Part shown: positions 7,243 through 14,321 of the stretch, piece by piece
How positions within the stretch are numbered: the first letter of the stretch is position 1
How the letters are laid out: each line of letters starts with the position of its first letter
Source: an uncultured Alphaproteobacteria bacterium
GTDB taxonomy: Bacteria; Pseudomonadota; Alphaproteobacteria; Rs-D84; CACZYB01
Assembly: GCA_934246625.1 (NCBI GenBank)
Contig: CAKQHZ010000002.1
Coordinates: forward strand, 132,817-164,816
Reading direction: 5' to 3'
DNA length: 32,000 bases
Translations under genes and position numbers: made by a program
The notes under the pieces: generated by a model
What the model was told of the DNA's origin: nothing
The model's database searches: none
The model's input: only the letters and a program-made list of their open reading frames with translations

Positions 7243-8079
7243 ATGTCAATTTCTATTGATCAATCTTTTATAAAACAGTTTGAAGCAGAAGTTCATCTTG
7301 CTTTTCAACAAATGGGAACAAAACTTCGTTCTACTGTAAGAACAAAAAATGATGTAAAGGGAAGTTCAACAACTTTTCAAAAAGTAGGTAAGGGAACTGC
7401 AACTACAAAGGCAAGACACGGACTTGTTCCTGTGATGAATTTGGACCATACTCCTGTTGAATGTGTGCTTTCTGATTTCTATGCTGGTGATTGGATTGAT
7501 GAGCTTGATGAAATCAAAACAAATGTTGATGAACGTCGTGTTGTTGCAAGTGCTGGTGCCTATGCTTTGGGTCGCAAAAGTGATGAACTTATTATTTCAG
7601 AACTTAATCAAGCAAATGTGTCTGTTGCAATGGGTGATACTGGTTTAACAAAGGCAAAAATTCTTTCTGCTTTGGAATTACTTAACAATAGCGATGTGCC
7701 AGATGATGGTCAAAGATTTGCAGTTGTTGGTGTGCATCAATGGAATGAACTTTTGAATATGAAAGAATTTTCTTCTGCGGAATATGTTGGTGATACTTAT
7801 CCTTTACTTAAGGGAACAGAAACAAGAAAATGGCTTGGCATAAATTGGATTATGCATAATGCTTTGCCATTTGATGAAAAAACAAAAGCAAGAAATTGCT
7901 TTATATATCACAAAAATTCTGTGGGTCATGCATCTGGTTGTGATGTGAAAACTGATATTACATGGCATGGTGAAAGGGCTGCGCACTTTATTTCAAATTG
8001 TATGAGCCAAGGTGCAAAACTTATTGATAACACAGGTGTTGTGAAAATTATTTGTAAAGATACTTCTGTAATTGCTTAA
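7243..8079 (+). CDS. Major capsid protein, T7 gp10-like
   Basis: FIKQFEAEVHLAFQQ...RSTVRTKNDVKGSSTTFQKVGKG...DELDEIKTNVDERR...SAGAYALGRKSDELIISEL parallels my recollection of T7 gp10A (FLKVFGGEVLTAF...MVRSISSGKSAQFPVLGR...YDIEDAMNHYDVRSE...LGESLAMAADGAVLAEI). At 278 aa it is shorter than T7 gp10A. Confidence 0.8.
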   Translation: MSISIDQSFIKQFEAEVHLAFQQMGTKLRSTVRTKNDVKGSSTTFQKVGKGTATTKARHGLVPVMNLDHTPVECVLSDFYAGDWIDELDEIKTNVDERRVVASAGAYALGRKSDELIISELNQANVSVAMGDTGLTKAKILSALELLNNSDVPDDGQRFAVVGVHQWNELLNMKEFSSAEYVGDTYPLLKGTETRKWLGINWIMHNALPFDEKTKARNCFIYHKNSVGHASGCDVKTDITWHGERAAHFISNCMSQGAKLIDNTGVVKIICKDTSVIA

Positions 8080-8100
8080 CTTTAACAAAAGGAAATAAAA

Positions 8101-8349
8101 ATGGCTATTGATTCAAAAAATTTATCTGTACTTGCTTACTCAAATGGATTTACTTTGTGGCATTATAAAACAACCGATACAAAAACTGTTGTTGAAACAT
8201 CAGGTTATTTTGATAAGGTTGCGAATATTTTTAACGAAGGCGATATGATTTTTACATCTGTGCTTGGTGGTGATACAAAGCAAACAATTATTTATATTGT
8301 AAGTTCTGTTGAAAATGGTGTGGTTAGTGTTTCTAACTTACTTGCTTAA
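8101..8349 (+). CDS. Small protein following the capsid gene (possible decoration or minor capsid protein)
   Basis: 82 aa with an SD (AAGGAAA) 8 nt upstream. It sits between the capsid gene and a strong terminator. Function unknown. Confidence 0.5.
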   Translation: MAIDSKNLSVLAYSNGFTLWHYKTTDTKTVVETSGYFDKVANIFNEGDMIFTSVLGGDTKQTIIYIVSSVENGVVSVSNLLA

Positions 8350-8362
8350 TTTAGTGTGATAA

Positions 8363-8387
8363 ATCCCCAGTTTTGGGGATTTTTTTT
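8363..8387 (+). terminator. Rho-independent terminator after the capsid operon segment
   Basis: atcccc (8363-8368) pairs with ggggat (8375-8380), followed by T8. Confidence 0.65.
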
Positions 8388-8399
8388 AAGGAGAAATTT

Positions 8400-8957
8400 A
8401 TGAATAATTTTACAATGATTGATTTGTGTTCAAAGGCTTTGCATAAAATTGGAGCAAATGAAATTGTTTCGTTTGATGAAAATACTCCTGAAGCAGAATT
8501 AAGTAAAAGTATTTATCCTGTTTTAAAAAGGAAATTGCTTTCATCTTTTGTATGGAGTTTTGCAACAAAAGTTTTAAAACTTTCATTGATAGAAGATGAA
8601 AATCAAACAGAGTTTCAATATTGTTTTTTGCTTCCATCTGATTTTATAAGAGCGATTAAAATATCACCAAAAGTTCCATATAAAATTATTGAAAATAAAT
8701 TGGTTGCGAATGTGTCTGATATAGTATTGACGTATGTTTCTGATGTTGATGAGGAAAATTTTTCACCTGCATTTTTAAATGCGTTTATTTATATTTTGTC
8801 CGCAGAATTATCTCTTTCTTTGTTGGACGATGTAGCAAAATTTAATTTGTTTTATCGACTTTATAATTCAGAATTAAGAGAGGCAAGATTTTTGGATAGT
8901 GCACAAGAAACGGCAAAACATTTTGATAATTTTTCTTTAATTGATGTAAGGTATTAG
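8400..8957 (+). CDS. Tail tubular protein A / gatekeeper, T7 gp11-like
   Basis: I moved the start to the ATG at 8400, which has an AAGGAG SD; the track start at 8373 lies inside the terminator. IDLCSKALHKIGANEIVSFDENTPEAELSKSIYPVLKRKLLSSFVWSFA parallels T7 gp11 [46 protein letters not shown]. At 185 aa it is close to T7 gp11 (196 aa). Confidence 0.7.
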   Translation: MNNFTMIDLCSKALHKIGANEIVSFDENTPEAELSKSIYPVLKRKLLSSFVWSFATKVLKLSLIEDENQTEFQYCFLLPSDFIRAIKISPKVPYKIIENKLVANVSDIVLTYVSDVDEENFSPAFLNAFIYILSAELSLSLLDDVAKFNLFYRLYNSELREARFLDSAQETAKHFDNFSLIDVRY

Positions 8958-8965
8958 GTGTTGGT

Positions 8966-10870
8966 ATGTATAAACAAATTATTTCAAATACAAATTTTGC
9001 GTTTGGTGAAATTTCTCCTTATCTTTTTGGAAGGGGAGATATTGAGGCATATAAAAATGGTGCTATGACTATGTCAAATATGACAGTTATTCCCACAGGT
9101 GGAGTTAAGCGTCGAGCAGGATTAAAGTTTTTGTGTGATTTGCCAAATGCTGGAAAATTGATAAATTTTGATTACTCTTCTTTGGAAAATTTTTTACTTT
9201 ATTTCAGTGAAAATATTTTGTGGATTTATAATAGCATTGGTGAAAAGGTTGCAAGTCTTATGACTCCATTTTCCATTGCTCAATTATCAAATATACGATG
9301 GTCGCAAAAGGGAAATCAATTATATATTGTGCATAAAGATGTTGCACCAAAAGTTTTGAAATATTATCCTCTTGAAGATAATTGGATTTTGGAAGATTGG
9401 CAATATGCGGTAAGTGATAAAAACTTTTCTTGTGAACCATTTGCAAAGTTTGAAGACACAGAAAATATTATGATTACTCCGTCTGGAAAAACTGGTGAAA
9501 TTTCATTGGTTTCATCACAAAGTTTGTTTGATAATTCGTTTTTGGGTATTAAACTTCTTATTGATGGAGGTGAAGTTTGTATTACTCAAATAATTTCTGG
9601 AACAGAGGCAAAGGCTGTTGTAAAAGCAGAATTGAGTGCTTTGGTTGCAACTTCTTCTTGGCAAGAACAGGCATTTTCGCTTAAGCGTGGTTTCCCAAAA
9701 AGTATTGCATTTCATCAAAACAGATTGGTGATTGGTGGGTCAAAAAGTTTGGCGAATAGATTGTGGTTTTCAAAAACAGGAGAATATTTTAATTTTGATT
9801 TGGGTGAAGGTCTTGATGACGAAGCGATTGAGTTTGATTTATTGTCAGACAGAGTTAATGAAATTTTGTGTGTTTTTTCAGGAAAGCATTTACAAATTTT
9901 TACATCAGATTCTGAATGGATGGTGTCTGGGTATCCATTGACACCAACTTCATTGACGGTAAAGCAACAAACCAAAATTGGTTCTGTGGCAGATAAATTT
10001 ATTTCACCAAAACTTGTTGAAGGTTCAACTATATTTGTTGCAAAAAACAACAAAGAAATTCGAGAATTTTTTTATGGAGATATTTCTGAAAATTATTCGT
10101 CCGAAGATTTAATTTTGCTTTCAAATCATTTAATGAATAAACCAAAAGAATTGGATTACGATATTAAAAACCGAATGCTTTATGTTTTGCAAAGTGATGG
10201 GACTATATCAATATTGCTTACAAATAAAACCAATGCTATAAATGCGTGGTTTAAGTATGAAACTCAAGGTGAATTTATTTCGCTTAATGTGTTTAATAAT
10301 ACTTTATATGTTATTGTTAAACGAGATGATAAGTATTTTTTAGAGTATTTGTCCGATGATGTGATGACAGATTCTTCTTTGACTTTTTCTTTTGATACAA
10401 AGGTTGATAAGATTGTTGGAATTTCACATTTGAACAATAAAATTGTTAGTGTTAATGCGGATAATTATGTTTTTGATGTAAAGGTTGAAAATAATGAACT
10501 TATACTTCCTTTGTCAGCAAAAAATGTTTTTTTGGGATTAAGTTATACACATACTTTGTGTCCGTTGCCAGTGTTAATAAATGGGGTTGTCCCACCAAAA
10601 ATTGTGCGACTTTTTGAGTTGACTTTTCGTGTGGTTGATACTCCTTTATTACAAATTGATACTGGTGATGGAATAAGAAATATTACTTGTATGGATTTTG
10701 ATAAGGATAATATCCTTGATAATTCGTTGGTGCCATTTAATGGTGATATTCATATCAAAGCAAAAGGTTTGATTAAAAATTTTGAAGTCCCATTATGGAA
10801 GGTGCAAAGTTCAAAACCTTATAATGTAAAAATTTTAAATATTTCTGCAAAAATTGGTAGTGTAAAATAG
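8966..10870 (+). CDS. Tail tubular protein B / nozzle, T7 gp12-like
   Basis: It sits directly after the gp11-like gene. The N-terminus NFAFGEISPYLFGRGDIEAYKNGAMTMSNMTVIPTGGVKRRAG resembles the gp12-type opening (GGISQQP..R....G...NG.....G..KRP). 634 aa. Confidence 0.6.
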   Translation: MYKQIISNTNFAFGEISPYLFGRGDIEAYKNGAMTMSNMTVIPTGGVKRRAGLKFLCDLPNAGKLINFDYSSLENFLLYFSENILWIYNSIGEKVASLMTPFSIAQLSNIRWSQKGNQLYIVHKDVAPKVLKYYPLEDNWILEDWQYAVSDKNFSCEPFAKFEDTENIMITPSGKTGEISLVSSQSLFDNSFLGIKLLIDGGEVCITQIISGTEAKAVVKAELSALVATSSWQEQAFSLKRGFPKSIAFHQNRLVIGGSKSLANRLWFSKTGEYFNFDLGEGLDDEAIEFDLLSDRVNEILCVFSGKHLQIFTSDSEWMVSGYPLTPTSLTVKQQTKIGSVADKFISPKLVEGSTIFVAKNNKEIREFFYGDISENYSSEDLILLSNHLMNKPKELDYDIKNRMLYVLQSDGTISILLTNKTNAINAWFKYETQGEFISLNVFNNTLYVIVKRDDKYFLEYLSDDVMTDSSLTFSFDTKVDKIVGISHLNNKIVSVNADNYVFDVKVENNELILPLSAKNVFLGLSYTHTLCPLPVLINGVVPPKIVRLFELTFRVVDTPLLQIDTGDGIRNITCMDFDKDNILDNSLVPFNGDIHIKAKGLIKNFEVPLWKVQSSKPYNVKILNISAKIGSVK

Positions 10871-10891
10871 GTTAAATGAAAGGATAATAAT

Positions 10892-11338
10892 ATGGGAGCA
10901 AGTGCTGGTGTTGCCGCAGTTCTTACTGCTGCGGATAGTATTATTGATTATAGAGAAAAAAAGAAGCAACAAAAGGCAAATGAAAAATTATTAAATCAAC
11001 AACAGGAAGTCAAGGAAGAAGAAAATGAAATAAAAAAACAAATTTTAAAAGATGAAAAGACAAATTTGCTTAAAACAAAATTGGCTTCGCAAAAGGCAAA
11101 GTTAGGTGCAAGTGGACTTGTGTCAACAACTGGGTCTTCGGCTGCTTATCTTTCAAGTTTGGAAAAGGATACAGATGAGGAAATTTTGAAAAAAACTTCG
11201 CTTAGTGATTTGAATTTATTAAATGAAACGGCAAATTATGATTACAGAAAAAAGCTAAATTTATTAGATCAAGCAAAGAATGATTATGATTTTTCAAAAG
11301 GCTTGGTTAATAACATTTTTTCAAAAAAATTATTTTAG
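10892..11338 (+). CDS. Small coiled-coil protein in the internal-virion-protein (gp13/gp14) position
   Basis: 148 aa with a hydrophobic N-terminus (GASAGVAAVLTAA) and a K/E-rich coiled-coil-like middle. Assigned from position only. Confidence 0.5.
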   Translation: MGASAGVAAVLTAADSIIDYREKKKQQKANEKLLNQQQEVKEEENEIKKQILKDEKTNLLKTKLASQKAKLGASGLVSTTGSSAAYLSSLEKDTDEEILKKTSLSDLNLLNETANYDYRKKLNLLDQAKNDYDFSKGLVNNIFSKKLF

Positions 11339-11350
11339 GAGAGTTATGTT

Positions 11351-12073
11351 ATGGGTAAAAATAGTTTAGTAAAACATATATATATTTGTGATGGTGTGCA
11401 AAAAAATTTTGACTATCAATTTGAAAGTTTTTCAAAAACAAGTATAAAAGTTTTTATTGATAACTTGATGATAAAATCTGGGTATGAGATAGTTCCATTT
11501 TCTGACAAGGTTGGTGGAAAAATTATTTTTAATACTCCTCCTTTGAAAGGGAAAGTTTTATCGATTATTCGTGAGTTAGATTTTTCACGAAGTTGTGATT
11601 TTCAAACAGGTGGAATTTTTCGTGCTGAAGATTTGAACTATGAACTTAACTATAATATTGCTTGTCTTAATCAAGTCAATGATGTTTTAACTTTGGCAGT
11701 TAAACTTTCACCACTTGATACAAAAATAAATCCAGTATTGCCAAAGGCAAAAGCAGGCTATGCAATTGTTTGGAATGATACAGAAGATGGATTTTCAAAT
11801 TTAGATGTTAATATTACAGAGCAAGTTCGTTATGTTGAAGATTGCACAAATCTTGTTGAAAATCTTTATAATGATTTAAGTGATTTATTTGCAAGCAATT
11901 CTGATATAGGAGTATTGGGGTTTGTGAATAATTTGCTTACGATTTTAAAAGAACATCATGGTGAAGCGTTTGTTGATTTTCAAAATCTTAATTGTGTAGC
12001 AAATGATGTTATTGATTTTGGAAATGTGTCTGATGAATCACAAATTAGTGTGAAAGATAATGGAATACTTTGA
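11351..12073 (+). CDS. Tail fibre protein, T7 gp17 N-terminal (tail-attachment) domain only
   Basis: YICDGVQKNFDYQFESFSKTSIKVFID...LSIIRELDFSRSCDFQTGGIFRAEDLNYELN parallels T7 gp17 YQLDGSNRDFNIPFEYLARKFVVVTL...[31 protein letters not shown]. Only 240 aa, against 553 aa in T7. Confidence 0.7.
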   Translation: MGKNSLVKHIYICDGVQKNFDYQFESFSKTSIKVFIDNLMIKSGYEIVPFSDKVGGKIIFNTPPLKGKVLSIIRELDFSRSCDFQTGGIFRAEDLNYELNYNIACLNQVNDVLTLAVKLSPLDTKINPVLPKAKAGYAIVWNDTEDGFSNLDVNITEQVRYVEDCTNLVENLYNDLSDLFASNSDIGVLGFVNNLLTILKEHHGEAFVDFQNLNCVANDVIDFGNVSDESQISVKDNGIL

Positions 12074-12668
12074 TAAAAAAATCAGTTTTTTGGATTTTTT
12101 GAAAGATTGGTATAAAACTCAGGGACTTTTGTTTCCAGAACATCATAAAAAAATTGCAAAATGGTTGGAGAGTGTTTATTTTTCTGATAAAAAGCGAGGG
12201 CTTTTGCTTGCTTTTCGAAGTAGTGGAAAGTCAACGGTGGTTGGGCTTTTTTGTTCGTGGCTTTTGTATATAAATCCGAATTTAAGGATTTTGGTTGTTG
12301 CAGCAGATACTATGTTGGCAAAAAAGATGGTGCGAAATATCAAATATATTGTTGAACTTCACCCATTATTGGAAAGTATTAGACCAAAGAAAAAGCAAGA
12401 ATGGGCATCTGGAAGTTTTACCGTGGAAAGAAATTTGGTGTTAAGGGACCCATCTGTGATGGCTGTGGGACTTTTATCAAATTCGACTGGAAGCAGGGCT
12501 GATGTTATTATTTGTGATGATGTGGAGGTGCCAAAAAATTGTGATACTTATCAAAAACGGTGTGATTTGAGAGAGAAATTGTTGGAGTTTAATTTTATTT
12601 TGGTGCCTAATGGTATGCAAATTTTTATTGGGACACCGCATACTTTGGATACTATTTATAAAGTTTAG
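12060..12668 (+). CDS. Terminase large subunit, N-terminal fragment (Walker A/B ATPase core); split gene
   Basis: LLAFRSSGKSTV (Walker A), PNLRILVVAAD, DPSVMAVGLLSNSTGSRADVIICDDVEVPKNC (Walker B) and IFIGTPHTLDTIYKV-stop closely track T7 gp19 ([73 protein letters not shown]). The ORF stops exactly after the LYK-equivalent residues. Confidence 0.85.
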   Translation: MEYFDKKISFLDFLKDWYKTQGLLFPEHHKKIAKWLESVYFSDKKRGLLLAFRSSGKSTVVGLFCSWLLYINPNLRILVVAADTMLAKKMVRNIKYIVELHPLLESIRPKKKQEWASGSFTVERNLVLRDPSVMAVGLLSNSTGSRADVIICDDVEVPKNCDTYQKRCDLREKLLEFNFILVPNGMQIFIGTPHTLDTIYKV

Positions 12669-12729
12669 TATTGATTTTAGGGGAATTTTTTAGTTGTTTT
12701 ATACAAAAAAATATTTTTTTAAAATTTTA

Positions 12730-12757
12730 TTGACAAATTCGAATTAGTTTGTATAAT
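12730..12757 (+). promoter_or_regulatory. Near-consensus sigma70 promoter with no ORF behind it
   Basis: TTGACA (12730-12735), a 16-nt spacer, then TATAAT (12752-12757). Confidence 0.6.
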
Positions 12758-12763
12758 GAGGTT

Positions 12764-12894
12764 GTTTCGTTAATAAGAAAAAAGAATTTGCCGAGACGAC
12801 CCCTCATTTCGGCAGATCTGGTGAAAGCCAGTAATAATCCCCTAAGTCATTCCCTCCTTATTTTCTCTCTCCTCGACTTGGGGGATATTTTTTT
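12764..12894 (+). ncRNA. Candidate sRNA with a CU-rich (anti-SD-like) loop
   Basis: It lies downstream of the consensus promoter. Hairpins are tgccga/tcggca (12789-12814) and ctgg/ccag. A 10-bp stem atcccctaag/cttgggggat (12837-12846 / 12877-12886) encloses the 30-nt loop tcattccctccttattttctctctcctcga, followed by T7. No credible ORF is present; the track ORF 12749..12931 starts with TTG inside the -10 box. Confidence 0.35.
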
Positions 12895-13133
12895 GTCGGG
12901 ACGCCCGAGTAATCTCACAAAGGCAAACTAGAATTTTCTACTAACCCCGTAGAAAATTAAGTTTTTGTTTGTTCGGTTTCTCTCTCCTCGACTTGGGGGA
13001 TATTTTTTTAGTTCAGAAAAGTTAGGATTTGTGAGCTTTTGTTGTGTTTTTGAGGGAAAATAGTCAAATTTGTAAAAAATGTGTGAAAAATTAGAATTTT
13101 CTGTTGAAATTTTGGTTTTAAATTGCTAAAAAA

Positions 13134-13358
13134 GAATCAGTTTTTGAAAAGATTCTCGAATCGATAGTAAAATTTAAAAAAAAGAATCGATTCTTGGTGG
13201 TTTTTTAAGGTTTTATTTTATAGACAATTTGAAATTGCAAAAAGAATCTTTTAATTTTTAATATGTTGTTTTTACAGCATTCTTTTTTGTTTTTTGATGG
13301 CTAATAAGTTGCCAAAAAAAGAATCTCTTGACTTTTTTTGTCGATTGCTTTAAGAATC
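13134..13358. promoter_or_regulatory. Cluster of AAGAATC / GANTC motifs, including the palindrome AAGAATCGATTCTT
   Basis: GANTC sites lie at 13134, 13151, 13158, 13184, 13189, 13244, 13321 and 13354, mostly within A-run+GAATC words. The perfect 14-bp palindrome lies at 13182-13195. Confidence 0.5.
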
Positions 13359-13738
13359 GTTGTATGAGGCGAGTGGAAATTTTCCATTTTGTTTCAAACA
13401 TATTCCCTGTTGCGTTCCTTTTCTCTCCTTTCCTCCTTCTCTCCTCGCAACGGGGGATTTTTTTATACTTGAGTTTTTTTCTGACTGATTCCCTTCGTTA
13501 ATGTCTCACTTACGATTTGTTAAGATGCTAGTTTTTTGCAGGGTGGCGTGGCAACAAGCTAAGCAAACCTAAAACTTTTCACTAATGCCGTTCAAAGTTT
13601 AAGGATAGCTATGCTTGGTGTCTCTTCGCAACGGGGGATTTTTTTTATATAATCTCTTCTCAAGATAGTTAAATTTGCATAAAATGAAAAAAATAACTTG
13701 CGTTTTGGGAAAATATAGGTTATAAACTTGTTATCTTT

Positions 13739-13814
13739 GGCTAGGTAGCTCAGTCGGTAGAGCAAAGGACTGAAAATCCTTGTGTCGGCAGTTCGATTCT
13801 GCCCCTCGCCACCA
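13739..13814 (+). tRNA. tRNA-Phe(GAA): tRNA-Phe (anticodon GAA), CCA encoded
   Basis: 76 nt. The D arm is GCTCAGTCGGTAGAGC, the anticodon arm aagga-CTGAAAA-tcctt, and the T arm ggcag-TTCGATT-ctgcc, ending in ACCA. There is one U:C mismatch at acceptor pair 4:69. Confidence 0.9.
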
Positions 13815-13847
13815 TTATTGGTCCCCCGTTTGGGGGATTTTTTATTT

Positions 13848-14141
13848 GTGTCGGCAGTTCGATTGTCCTCGTGATTGAAAATCACTCGTTCGTCCCGTAA
13901 GCCTAAAACTTCGCCAAAGGCTCGTGTTTAGGCAACTATCGACTCCTGCCCCTCGCCACCACTATTGGTCCCTCATTTGGGGGATTTTTTATTTGTGTCG
14001 GCAGTTCGATTGTCCTCGTGATTGAAAATCACTCGTTCGTCCCGTAAGCCTAAAACTTCGCCAAAGGCTCGTGTTTAGGCAACTATCGACTCCTGCCCCT
14101 CGCCACCATTATTGGTCCCCCGCTTGGGGGATTTTTTATTT
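13848..14141. repeat. 147-bp tandem repeat x2 (plus a 12-nt start of a third unit), each unit a tRNA-Phe 3' half interrupted by 81 nt
   Basis: gtgtcggcagttcgatt recurs at 13782 (inside the tRNA), 13848 and 13995, and partially at 14142. The period is exactly 147 bp, and the units differ at only a few positions in the terminator stem. Confidence 0.9.
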
Positions 14142-14222
14142 GTGTCGGCAGTTTATTGACTTTTAAACCTTCGTTAAATGAGTTTGATGTCATATAGTTT
14201 CTTTGCAAAGTAAGGCAAAACC

Positions 14223-14231
14223 TGTGGATAA
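14223..14231. promoter_or_regulatory. Perfect DnaA box (TGTGGATAA = complement of TTATCCACA) upstream of the ftsZ promoter
   Basis: An exact 9-mer located 33 nt upstream of the putative -35 element. Confidence 0.5.
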
Positions 14232-14263
14232 AAGTTTTTTTTCTTAATTTTTGTTTTCTTTTC

Positions 14264-14292
14264 TTAACATTTGGCTTTTTTTATGCTATAGT
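14264..14292 (+). promoter_or_regulatory. sigma70-like ftsZ promoter
   Basis: TTAACA (14264-14269), a 17-nt spacer, then TATAGT (14287-14292). The SD AAGGAGAGAG precedes the ATG at 14322. Confidence 0.5.
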
Positions 14293-14321
14293 TTATTTGA
14301 GAAAAAATTAAGGAGAGAGAT

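Larger units (their letters stand above)
4452..12668 (+). mobile_element. T7-like virion gene block, left piece (from the promoter to the TerL N-fragment)
   Basis: Eleven co-oriented, tightly spaced or overlapping ORFs include homologues of T7 gp10, gp11, gp12, the gp17 N-domain and the gp19 N-half. See the individual CDS entries. Confidence 0.8.
12669..14153. repeat. Array of about 8 full or decayed copies of the tRNA-Phe 3'-end / terminator / T-arm junction (att-scar-like)
   Basis: The reference junction at the true tRNA is ccctcgccacca-ttattggtcccccgtttgggggattttttatttgtgtcggcag. Related copies lie at about 12669-12700, 12871-12899, 12983-13010, 13441-13465 and 13622-13647 (these are internally deleted), and at 13801-13858, 13946-14005 and 14093-14153. 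Confidence 0.7.

Noticed and set aside
12749-13885. Track ORFs 12749..12931(+) and 13592..13885(-) in the repeat region
   Set aside because: The first starts with a TTG inside the -10 box and runs through hairpins and terminators. The second runs antisense through tRNA-Phe. Neither has an SD.
13848-14141. Possible CRISPR array, given the regularly spaced repeats
   Set aside because: The repeat unit is 147 bp with no unique spacers between copies. It contains tRNA-derived sequence plus a terminator, and no cas genes are nearby.
13782-14153. Two-piece (permuted) alphaproteobacterial tmRNA, because of T-arm/ACCA ends followed by extra structured sequence
   Set aside because: The acceptor stem is that of tRNA-Phe, with a C:G at pair 3:70 rather than the G:U needed for alanylation. 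I also found no tag-peptide reading frame (ANDN...AA type).
14245-14270. A CtrA box (TTAA-N7-TTAA) in the ftsZ upstream region
   Set aside because: The TTAA half-sites present are 17 nt apart rather than 7, so there is no match.
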